From: Eubacteriales bacterium
Lineage (GTDB): Bacteria > Bacillota > Clostridia > Oscillospirales > CAG-272
Assembly (NCBI GenBank): GCA_045537595.1
Contig: JAZSPS010000047.1
Location: 1 to 57,899, forward strand
Length of the DNA: 57,899 bases
Direction of reading: 5' to 3'
Position 1 is the first letter of the stretch. Every line of letters begins with the position of its first letter. A program made the translations under genes and the position numbers. The notes below the pieces were generated by a model, which was given only the letters and a program-made list of their open reading frames with translations, searched no databases and was not told the DNA's origin. Positions 36,287-44,391 of this stretch are shown piece by piece.

Positions 36287-36940
36287 ATGAAGTACAGTGA
36301 GCAAGAATTAAAGGCATTGGTGGATAGGGTCATAGAGACAGTTAAGTCCGGCGGAAGCCAAGAAGGAGATATTCCTGTTGGCATTTCCAACCGCCATATT
36401 CATTTGAGCCGTGAGCATGTGGAAATCCTCTTTGGAAAGGGATATGAGCTGACTAAGCTGAAGGATCTATCTCAGCCCGGACAGTATGCCTGCAAGGAGC
36501 AGCTGACGATCATCGGACCCTCTATGAGAGCCATTGAGGGGGTACGGGTACTGGGTCCCGAACGGAAAAAATCACAGGTTGAGATCTCCAGAACCGACAG
36601 CTTTGTGCTGAAGGTAAAGCCTCCTGTCAGAGAATCGGGGGATGTCGCAGGCTCAGCGCCGATTACCATTATCGGACCGAAGGGCATTGTAACGCTTTCG
36701 GAAGGCTGCATTATTGCCAACCGTCACATTCACATGAGTGAGAAGGAAGGCAAGCAATTCGGTGTGAAGGATGGAGAATATGTGGATGTGGAGCTGAATG
36801 GAGAAAGAAGAAGCTTGTTTTATGATGTTCAGATCCGTGTACATAAGGATTTTCGTCTTGAGATGCATATTGACACCGATGATGCCAATGCTGCCGGTGT
36901 AGGCAATGGATTTAAAGCAAAGCTTTTAAAGCGAGGCTAA
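36287..36940 (+). CDS. pduL: Phosphate propanoyltransferase PduL
   Basis: 217 aa from the ATG at 36287. It has the duplicated PduL motifs ISNRHIHLS and ANRHIHMS. The N-terminus is MKYSEQELKALVDRVIETVKSG. Confidence 0.9.
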   Translation: MKYSEQELKALVDRVIETVKSGGSQEGDIPVGISNRHIHLSREHVEILFGKGYELTKLKDLSQPGQYACKEQLTIIGPSMRAIEGVRVLGPERKKSQVEISRTDSFVLKVKPPVRESGDVAGSAPITIIGPKGIVTLSEGCIIANRHIHMSEKEGKQFGVKDGEYVDVELNGERRSLFYDVQIRVHKDFRLEMHIDTDDANAAGVGNGFKAKLLKRG

Positions 36941-36948
36941 AATAAAAA

Positions 36949-36986
36949 ATGAAACCGTTACAGGATAGTAGCGGTTTCATTTTTTG
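36949..36986 (+). terminator. Intrinsic terminator at the end of the BMC operon
   Basis: Stem ATGAAACCG (36949-36957) / CGGTTTCAT (36972-36980), followed by TTTTT. Confidence 0.7.
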
Positions 36987-36991
36987 AAAAC

Positions 36992-37020
36992 TTGACTTTC
37001 AAGCGAAAATCGTGTACAAT
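36992..37020 (+). promoter_or_regulatory. Sigma-A-type promoter of the HAD hydrolase gene
   Basis: TTGACT (36992-36997), 17-nt spacer, TACAAT (37015-37020). Confidence 0.55.
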
Positions 37021-37065
37021 ATGTAACAGAGCATATTTGGGGGATGAGAATTTCAGGAGGCATAT

Positions 37066-37689
37066 ATGGCAAAGAAGATAAAAAATATTGTTTTTGACAT
37101 GGGAAGGGTACTGGTGGATTTTTCTGTGAAGGGATTATTGACCCGATATTTTCCTGATGTCAAGAATCAGAGCTTGATGGAGAATATTCTTTTTGATTCG
37201 GGAGAATGGGATGCTTTGGACGCGGGTGCCTTTAGCGAGGAGGAGGCGTTGCGCCGCTGGGAAGAGAAAACGCCTGAGACCTTGCGAGACGGTCTCAGAG
37301 CCATGTTTTTTCATTGGCATGAAATGCTTACTCCCATTGACGGAATGGCAGAATTGGTTCGTGAATTGAAAAGCAACGGATACGGATGTTATCTTTTATC
37401 GAATACAAGTGTCAGGTTTTTTACCTATTGGGAGAAATTTGAAGCCCTGCGGTATATGGATGGAAAAATAATTTCCGCGGAGCATTATCTTCTTAAGCCG
37501 GACCCAGCGATTTATCAAAGATTGTTTGATTGCTTCGGTTTAGATCCCGCGGAATGCTTTTTTATTGATGACTGTATAGAAAATATTCAGGGAGCGGAGC
37601 GTGTGGGGATGAGGGGATTCCTTTTTCGGACCTACGATGTGGAGAAATTAAGATCCGCTTTAAGGGAACAGGGCGTTCAAATTATATAA
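37066..37689 (+). CDS. HAD-superfamily hydrolase (subfamily IA-like)
   Basis: 207 aa with motif I IVFDMGRVLVDF and the late motif FFIDD. Confidence 0.8.
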   Translation: MAKKIKNIVFDMGRVLVDFSVKGLLTRYFPDVKNQSLMENILFDSGEWDALDAGAFSEEEALRRWEEKTPETLRDGLRAMFFHWHEMLTPIDGMAELVRELKSNGYGCYLLSNTSVRFFTYWEKFEALRYMDGKIISAEHYLLKPDPAIYQRLFDCFGLDPAECFFIDDCIENIQGAERVGMRGFLFRTYDVEKLRSALREQGVQII

Positions 37690-37776
37690 TCGCATCTTCT
37701 TATTCTTTGATTTCGAAGAAGAAGCGTTGTTTTATGGGGGCTGTCGTATTGAGACCGCCCCCATGGCTTGATTATA

Positions 37777-39687
37777 TTACTTTTTGGATTTCCATGTATG
37801 GATCAAAAGTCTTATGTAAAGTCCGCCTTGCACGGTTCGGTGCTGGAAGCTTACGATCCTTCCGCTGACCGTATCATACCAGTCGGTCATGGGAACACGG
37901 GAGGGAGATTCATGATACGCCTGCCACAGAGGGGCGATAAACTCCATAAATGTCTTTTTGGAGGATGCCATAGAGGCGACCCAAACCAGCCAGTCGGATT
38001 TTGTATAGTCGGTTCGGTTATCTAACGGCATACCGTATTGGTTGAAGTGGGTTTTATTATCGGCAAGTTCCGCATCCATCCATTTTTGAGAGAAGAGCTT
38101 GGTGCCCCAAACCTTATCCCAAACCATATTATATTTCATAGAATAGGTATTGGGTTGATCAAATGCCAGATTGGAGGTTCCGTCCTCATTGAGCGCGGTC
38201 TCCATCCATGTCTTTGCCATGTCCTCGGCGGCTTTTTTATATTTGGATGCCTTGGATCTCTTGCCCAACATCTTCATAATGATCGCCATGCCGCGCAAGC
38301 CCATGATCGCTTTCAGCGACAAATTACAGTTATGCGCCAAATGACCCGCAAAGTCGTCGGTACAGAGCTGATCCTCGGGATCGGCGCCGTAACGGATCAA
38401 ATAGTCACACCATTCCTCAAGGAGCTCCAAATGCGCCGCGGCAAATTCGGCACTTCCCGTTGCCAGAGCCACATTTGTTTCCATGACCAGCATATTGCCG
38501 CACTCCTCTACGGGCATTTGGTATTTCAGCGCGTTTTTGCCGTATACCTGTCCGTTTAGCAGGGGATACTGACCGACGTCATGAGGGGCAAAGTCATATT
38601 TCAGTTCTTTTCTCCATTCATCCGAGCAAGCGTAGCGGTAAATGGGGCGCATCATTCCCTTGATCAATTCGGGGTTATACAACAGGAACATAGGGATAGA
38701 GGGGTAGGATACGTCTACCGTTGCCGCGCATCCGTTGGAGAAGCATTCCTTGGATATGTAAAGAATATCTCCGTTTTTATCCAGCACCAGCTTATGGGCG
38801 GCAATTACCTGACGGTATGCCAAGGAAAGAAGCTCGGCATATTTTTCACCGCCCGCGGCGGTCGCGTCTACGCGGAGCTTTTCGGCAAAGGCGTTGCAGC
38901 GTGTCATTACCTCGTCATATTCCGATGCCGCTTCGGCGATTGCTTCAAGAATGGTTTGACCGTTACGGTTCCAGTAAGAGCGGAGGTGTTCTCCGAAATA
39001 CTCAATACTTTCAATATCATCGTAGGCAAAATAGTACAGGGTGCGGACATTTTCCTCCAGGGTACTGCCTACATTCAGCACGGTTTGCTTATGATCCGTG
39101 GTTAGAGTAGAGGTGATATCCTTGCCGTCGCTCATGAGATAAAAATATCCCCAGTCGATTCTTACATCGTCGCCGCTTCGGTTGAGAGGCTTCTGCTCGG
39201 TATTGCCCATGCGCAGACCGCGGATCGTTTCATTGATTTGAAGCTCTTCGGTCATAACAGGGCTTTGCAGAGGCAGATCCAGACAAAGCTCTTCTCTCGC
39301 GCTGACATTCATGGTTACCGTATGTGTCTTTTCGTCAAGGGAGGTATAGGTAACGGACAGGTAGGATACGGGACGTGTCAGGAGGCGGTAGTCGTCGAGA
39401 AGAACCGGTGTGGTAAAGATCGCTGTCAAACGAATTTTATCTGTTTCAAATACCGCTGTGGTAGAGAGGGCATCGATTGACAGGGATACCTGCTTCATTT
39501 TATGGAGGTTTCTGTGGTAGCCGAAGAAGGAGAGCTCCTCGCCGTCAATCGTTACGGTTCCGACGATGGAATTGTTCTTGCCGGTCCAGTGTACTGTCCG
39601 GGCCACATTCAGGGTTGTGTCCGGAGACCATACAGAAAAATAGGGGTCTACTGTGATCAGCGGAACAGAGGGTGCACGCAGTTTCAT
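37777..39687 (-). CDS. Glutaminase-A-like glycoside-hydrolase-fold protein (DUF5127/DUF4965/DUF1793 architecture)
   Basis: 636 aa starting MKLRAPSVPLITVDPYFSVWSP, which is characteristic of this family. No signal peptide is evident. Confidence 0.7.
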   Translation of the reverse strand: MKLRAPSVPLITVDPYFSVWSPDTTLNVARTVHWTGKNNSIVGTVTIDGEELSFFGYHRNLHKMKQVSLSIDALSTTAVFETDKIRLTAIFTTPVLLDDYRLLTRPVSYLSVTYTSLDEKTHTVTMNVSAREELCLDLPLQSPVMTEELQINETIRGLRMGNTEQKPLNRSGDDVRIDWGYFYLMSDGKDITSTLTTDHKQTVLNVGSTLEENVRTLYYFAYDDIESIEYFGEHLRSYWNRNGQTILEAIAEAASEYDEVMTRCNAFAEKLRVDATAAGGEKYAELLSLAYRQVIAAHKLVLDKNGDILYISKECFSNGCAATVDVSYPSIPMFLLYNPELIKGMMRPIYRYACSDEWRKELKYDFAPHDVGQYPLLNGQVYGKNALKYQMPVEECGNMLVMETNVALATGSAEFAAAHLELLEEWCDYLIRYGADPEDQLCTDDFAGHLAHNCNLSLKAIMGLRGMAIIMKMLGKRSKASKYKKAAEDMAKTWMETALNEDGTSNLAFDQPNTYSMKYNMVWDKVWGTKLFSQKWMDAELADNKTHFNQYGMPLDNRTDYTKSDWLVWVASMASSKKTFMEFIAPLWQAYHESPSRVPMTDWYDTVSGRIVSFQHRTVQGGLYIRLLIHTWKSKK

Positions 39688-39727
39688 AATTTAAAAATCC
39701 ACCTTTCAAAAATATTTTTTGAACATG

Positions 39728-40357
39728 TTAGACAGGATAATCCAAGGTGCGCATATAACTCAGCACAATCTCGACAGCTGTCTCGAAATCAATGTTACTG
39801 GTATTGATACATAGGTCATAGTTATTGACATCTGACCAGCTTTTTCCTGTATAGTACTTACAGTACGCGGCTCTGGATTTATCGATTGCCTCAATGCGCT
39901 CGACGGCATCCTTTTCGGTTAAGCCATAGAGATTGGTAACGTTTTTGATACAGGTCTCACGGTTGGCGTAGAAAAACAGGCGAACGGTATTGGGGTGATC
40001 CTTTAACAGGTAATCGCCGCAGCGTCCGATGATGATGCAGTTTTGCTTTTCGGCAAGAGAGCGGATGATTTTTGCCTGATAGTTAAAAAGATTATCGTCG
40101 GAGACAAACTCATCGCTGTCCGGCGAGATCAATCTTTCTCCGTAGCTGCGGTTATACCGCTTGAAAAGATTGGTCTTTACCCGTTCATCGGCTTTTCCGA
40201 ACAATTCGATATTGATTCCGCTTTCTTCTGATGCCAATCGAATCAGATCGTTGTCATAACAGTCAATATCCAGCTTCTTTGCCAACAGCTTGCCTATGGT
40301 TTTTCCTCCGCTGCCGAAGCCTCTGGCAATGGTAATTACGTATTTGGATTTTGTCAT
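39728..40357 (-). CDS. Cytidylate kinase-like family P-loop protein
   Basis: 209 aa containing ITIARGFGSGGKTIGKLLAKKLDIDCYDNDLI. Confidence 0.7.
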   Translation of the reverse strand: MTKSKYVITIARGFGSGGKTIGKLLAKKLDIDCYDNDLIRLASEESGINIELFGKADERVKTNLFKRYNRSYGERLISPDSDEFVSDDNLFNYQAKIIRSLAEKQNCIIIGRCGDYLLKDHPNTVRLFFYANRETCIKNVTNLYGLTEKDAVERIEAIDKSRAAYCKYYTGKSWSDVNNYDLCINTSNIDFETAVEIVLSYMRTLDYPV

Positions 40358-40380
40358 TTTTCTCCTCCTGTTTTTGTTTT

Positions 40381-41892
40381 TTATCGAATGGTGGCAATAA
40401 AGCGAAGGAATGCCAAGTGACCGCCTTCGGTACGCTTATATACGCCCGCGTCCTCAAGAACTCGCTCAAAGGTTCTTCCGATCTCTTTTTTCAGGATTTC
40501 TTCGGTATTCTCGGCGGTAAAGCTATAATTTTCTTTGAACCGATCAAACCATTCCTTATGCTTAGCGATACGCTCATCGGCGGAAAAGTCCTTTCCGCTG
40601 AGAATGAATTCACGCATAACGGTGATTTCCTCCTTCAAGCGCGCGGGAAGCACCGCCAGACCCATGACCTCGATCAAGCCGATGTTTTCCTTTTTGATGT
40701 TATGAAGCTCCGCGTGGGGGTGATATACACCCAAGGGATGCTCGTCGGTTGTGATATTATTTCGAAGGACCAGATCCAGCTCATATTTTCCGTCTCTCAT
40801 TCGCGCGATGGGAGTGATGGTATTATGAGGCTCGCCGGTATTCGCGAAAATAAACGCTTCGGGATCCGAGTAATTTCTCCAAGCGTTCAGGATCTTTTCG
40901 GCAAGAGAGATCAGATTTTGCTTATTGGCGCTTCTCAGACGGATGACCGACATGGGCCATTTTACGATTCCCGCTTCCACGTCATCATAATAGGAGAAGT
41001 GAATCTGTGTTTCTATGGGCGCCTTTGCCATGGCAAAGGTATAGCAGCCTCCCTGCATGTGGTCATGGGAGAGGATGGATCCGCCTACAATGGGAAGATC
41101 CGCGTTGGAGCCGAGGAAGTAATGAGGGAACTGTGCCACAAAATCCAGAAGACGCGCGAAGGTATTGCGGTCGATCTTCATTGGCGTATGCTCCGCGGAG
41201 AGCACGATACAGTGCTCATTATAGTAAACATAGGGGGAATATTGCAGATACCATGTTTTTCCTGCCATGACGGTAGGAATTTGGCGAAGTGTTTGGCGTG
41301 CCGGTTTTCCCGCGTTGCCCGCATATCCCTCGTTCTCATGGCAGAGCAAGCATTTCGGATAACCGCTTTGGGGCAACAGCTTTGCTGCCGCGATGGCTTT
41401 GGGATCCTTTTCGGGCTTAGAAAGATTAATGGTGATATCCAAATCCCCGTAAGCGCCGCTGTATATCCATTTCATGTCCTTGGCGACACGGTAGGTTCGG
41501 ATATAATCATTGTTACGAGAAAGCTTATAAAAGTAATCGGTGGCTGCCTTGGGGGAAAGGGAATAGAGCGCGGAAAAATTGCGAATGACCTCTGAGGGGC
41601 GGGGGGTTAAGATTCCCATGAGCTTGGTATCGAACAGATCACGGTATACAACGCTATTGTTTTCGATCAAACCCTTTTCAGCGGCGTAATCGCACAGATC
41701 CGAGAGGATCTCCTCCAGTGCGGGTTCGCTATTTCCTCCATCATCGGCCTCCGCTGTCTCGGTGTATTCGGAAATTTCGAGAGCGGCGAGAAGAGAATTG
41801 ATGATATAAACACGGTCTTCCTCACCGATTAGTTTTTTTTGAATCGCGTAGTCAGTTAGCTGTTTGATTCTGACAGTGATATCCATAGACAT
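40381..41892 (-). CDS. galT: UDP-glucose--hexose-1-phosphate uridylyltransferase (type 2 GalT)
   Basis: 503 aa from the ATG at 41892, which has GGAGGA upstream. It contains the SHDHMQGG active-site-like motif. The longer ORF-track N-terminus overlaps the promoter. Confidence 0.85.
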   Translation of the reverse strand: MSMDITVRIKQLTDYAIQKKLIGEEDRVYIINSLLAALEISEYTETAEADDGGNSEPALEEILSDLCDYAAEKGLIENNSVVYRDLFDTKLMGILTPRPSEVIRNFSALYSLSPKAATDYFYKLSRNNDYIRTYRVAKDMKWIYSGAYGDLDITINLSKPEKDPKAIAAAKLLPQSGYPKCLLCHENEGYAGNAGKPARQTLRQIPTVMAGKTWYLQYSPYVYYNEHCIVLSAEHTPMKIDRNTFARLLDFVAQFPHYFLGSNADLPIVGGSILSHDHMQGGCYTFAMAKAPIETQIHFSYYDDVEAGIVKWPMSVIRLRSANKQNLISLAEKILNAWRNYSDPEAFIFANTGEPHNTITPIARMRDGKYELDLVLRNNITTDEHPLGVYHPHAELHNIKKENIGLIEVMGLAVLPARLKEEITVMREFILSGKDFSADERIAKHKEWFDRFKENYSFTAENTEEILKKEIGRTFERVLEDAGVYKRTEGGHLAFLRFIATIR

Positions 41893-41947
41893 AAAATAAG
41901 TGTCCTCCAATACGAGCTTATATCCAAGGGAAGCCCCCTTTTTCTTC

Positions 41948-41976
41948 ATTATACCACTAAAAACAATATCTGTCAA
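41948..41976 (-). promoter_or_regulatory. Sigma-A-type promoter of galT (extended -10)
   Basis: On the - strand: TTGACA (41976-41971), 17-nt spacer ending in TGG, TATAAT (41953-41948). Confidence 0.6.
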
Positions 41977-42034
41977 AGGGATAAACAAGATTTAAAAAAT
42001 TTTTCATGTTTTTTTCGCTTTTATCTGTGTTTTA

Positions 42035-42063
42035 TTGACAGGACAGGGGAAAAATGATAAAAT
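42035..42063 (+). promoter_or_regulatory. Sigma-A-type promoter of the DUF1934/ABC unit
   Basis: TTGACA (42035-42040), 17-nt spacer, TAAAAT (42058-42063). Confidence 0.55.
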
Positions 42064-42135
42064 ATTTATATGTATGATAAAGAAGCCCCTGTGCCATGGA
42101 GGCACTGAATGGCATAGGAGAGACAGGGGGAATTT

Positions 42136-42657
42136 ATGGAAATGAATAACAATAAAAAACGAATGAATAACACGGAAGAGGTTCGTATTCGTCTCAAGTC
42201 TACCCGATATGAGGTAGACGCCTCGCTCTTTTCAGCCGATGGTGAGGCTGAGGATGGATTGCGTGTTATCTTAGCCGACCGAGAGGCGGAGCCGGAGACC
42301 ATCGAGATCAATTCCTTGGGCAGGCTGTCGCGTGTAAACGGCAGGGTGGAAATTTCCTACGACGAAACCGAAGTCACGGGGATGGAGGGCTCCACTACGG
42401 CGATATCCTTTATGGAGGAGGCTGACGGTGTGGTCAGCATGATCCGTGAAGGCGCGGTTTCTACCGCCTTGGTTTTTGAGGAGGGAAAGCGGCATCATTG
42501 CGTATATAATACGCCTTTTATGCCCTTTGAGGTATGTGTTCGTACCTTGAAGGTAAACAACCGTCTGTCAGAGGACCGTTATTTGGATTTGGACTATGTG
42601 ATTGAGATACGAGGAGCGCAAGCGGAAAGAACGAAGTTCCGTATGGAGCTTCTCTGA
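42136..42657 (+). CDS. DUF1934 (YwiB-like) domain protein
   Basis: 173 aa. The beta-rich pattern (VEISYDETEVTGMEGSTTAISF, VYNTPFMPFEVCV) matches my recollection of DUF1934. Confidence 0.55.
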   Translation: MEMNNNKKRMNNTEEVRIRLKSTRYEVDASLFSADGEAEDGLRVILADREAEPETIEINSLGRLSRVNGRVEISYDETEVTGMEGSTTAISFMEEADGVVSMIREGAVSTALVFEEGKRHHCVYNTPFMPFEVCVRTLKVNNRLSEDRYLDLDYVIEIRGAQAERTKFRMELL

Positions 42658-42666
42658 GGTATAGGT

Positions 42667-44391
42667 ATGAAGCTATTGTTGGAATATTTAAAGCCGTATC
42701 GATGGTTTATCGGACTGACCCTACTGATCAAAACCGCGGCAACTTTGGTCGAGCTGATTATTCCGTATATTTTGAGCCATATTTTAGACAATGTCGTTCC
42801 CATGCGGCAGGTAAGGCAGATCGTGTATTGGGGCTTGGCGATGATCGTCTGCGCCGCGCTTGCTTGGATAGGAAATGTTATAGCAAACCGTATGGCGGCG
42901 AGGATCGCGAGACTTTCCACCGAGAAGATGCGGCATGTTCTTTTCAAACGGGTCATGTCACTCAGCGCCGCTCAGCTGGATGCTTTTACGATCCCAAGCC
43001 TTGAATCCCGCCTGACCTCCGACACCTATCACATTCATCATTTTGTGGGAATGAGTATGCGTATGGGCGTTCGCGCTCCAATTCTATTGATTGGCGGAAT
43101 TATTGTTACCGCCGCCTTGGATCCCATGCTGACCCTGATCATGGTATTGGTTTTACCCTTGATCGGTATTTCGGTTTGGACCATTACCAAAAAAGGAGTT
43201 CCTTTATTTAAAAAAACACAGAGATCGGTGGATTCCATGATCCGTGTGGTCCGTGAGGCTTCGCAGGGAATCCGTGTGATCAAAGCGCTTTCCAAATCTG
43301 ATTTTGAGCGCAGAAAATATGATGCCGCTAACCGTCAGCTTGTTTCGGATGAGACCCATGCCAGCTCCACCATGGCGGCGTCCAATCCCTTGGTTACCCT
43401 GTTTTTGAATCTTGGCTTGGTCAGTGTTATGCTGGTGGGGGCGATCCGTGTGAACGGCGGATTGACACAGCCGGGAAAAATTATTGCTTTTATTCAGTAT
43501 TTTACCTTGATCTCCAATGCCATGATCGGTATTACCCGTATTTTTGTTAATTACTCCAAGGGTGCCGCGTCCGCCGGAAGAATTGAGGAGGTTATCCGTA
43601 CGGCGCCTGATTTGGCGGTATTGGAGGAAGGCTCATTCCCGCGCAAGGCTTCGGAGAATTTTATTGAGTTTGAGGATGTTTCCTTTTCCTATATTGGGAA
43701 AAAGAACAATTTGTCTCGTGTATCCTTTGGTCTGAAAAGGGGACAAACCTTGGGTATTATCGGGGCAACGGGAAGCGGAAAAACCACCTTGATCCAGCTT
43801 CTTATGCGCTTTTACGATGTGTGTGAGGGAAGCATACGAATTGACGGAAGAGATGTACGCACCATTCCTCATGAGGAGCTGAACACCATGTTTGGTGTTG
43901 TAATGCAGAATGACTTTATCTATGCGGGAAGCATTGCTGAAAACATTCGCTTTGGACGGGATATTTCTGACGATGCGCTTCGCCATGCCGCGAAATTGGC
44001 ACAGGCAAGCGAATTTATTGAGATGTATGACGATGGCTATGAGCACTGGCTTCAATCCAAGGGAACCAATGTGAGCGGCGGTCAAAAGCAGCGTTTATTG
44101 ATCGCTCGGGCGCTGGCGGGCAATCCTCAAATTTTGGTTTTAGACGATTCCTCATCGGCGTTGGATTACAAGACCGATTCCAAGCTTCGCCGCAGTATTC
44201 GTGAAAATATGGGAAATGTTACGACCGTGGTAGTGGCACAGCGTGTCAGCTCGGTGATGAATTCTGATCTGATCTTGGTGCTTGATGAGGGTGAGATCAT
44301 TGGCATAGGACGTCATGACGATCTGCTCGCCCACTGTGAGATCTATCGGGAAATCAGTGAATCACAGATTGGAGGTGCGTTCCTTGAGTAA
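42667..44391 (+). CDS. ABC transporter permease/ATPase (exporter half-transporter 1)
   Basis: 574 aa with a six-TM domain plus an NBD: Walker A GATGSGKTT, signature VSGGQKQR, Walker B LVLDDSSS. Confidence 0.9.
   Translation: MKLLLEYLKPYRWFIGLTLLIKTAATLVELIIPYILSHILDNVVPMRQVRQIVYWGLAMIVCAALAWIGNVIANRMAARIARLSTEKMRHVLFKRVMSLSAAQLDAFTIPSLESRLTSDTYHIHHFVGMSMRMGVRAPILLIGGIIVTAALDPMLTLIMVLVLPLIGISVWTITKKGVPLFKKTQRSVDSMIRVVREASQGIRVIKALSKSDFERRKYDAANRQLVSDETHASSTMAASNPLVTLFLNLGLVSVMLVGAIRVNGGLTQPGKIIAFIQYFTLISNAMIGITRIFVNYSKGAASAGRIEEVIRTAPDLAVLEEGSFPRKASENFIEFEDVSFSYIGKKNNLSRVSFGLKRGQTLGIIGATGSGKTTLIQLLMRFYDVCEGSIRIDGRDVRTIPHEELNTMFGVVMQNDFIYAGSIAENIRFGRDISDDALRHAAKLAQASEFIEMYDDGYEHWLQSKGTNVSGGQKQRLLIARALAGNPQILVLDDSSSALDYKTDSKLRRSIRENMGNVTTVVVAQRVSSVMNSDLILVLDEGEIIGIGRHDDLLAHCEIYREISESQIGGAFLE

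Noticed and set aside
26226-36304. Several 200-280-aa minus-strand ORFs inside the BMC operon (26226-26999, 27974-28744, 29512-30231, 34331-34963, 35456-36304)
   Set aside because: All are antisense to strongly supported plus-strand genes (aldolase, ADH, BMC-H genes, kinase, aldehyde dehydrogenase). None has an RBS, and their compositions are biased. They are shadow ORFs.
21894-36986. BMC operon as a horizontally acquired genomic island
   Set aside because: There is no integrase, transposase, flanking tRNA or direct repeat at the borders. By eye there is no obvious compositional break relative to the neighbouring housekeeping genes. This cannot be supported from the window.
37734-37764. Hairpin ATGGGGGC / GCCCCCAT between the convergent HAD and GH genes as a terminator
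   Set aside because: The stem is 8 bp with a 15-nt loop, and no U-run follows on either strand. It is plausible but too weak to call as a feature.
40351-41595. 414-aa plus-strand ORF
   Set aside because: It is antisense to galT, which is the real gene (SHDHMQGG motif, RBS and promoter).
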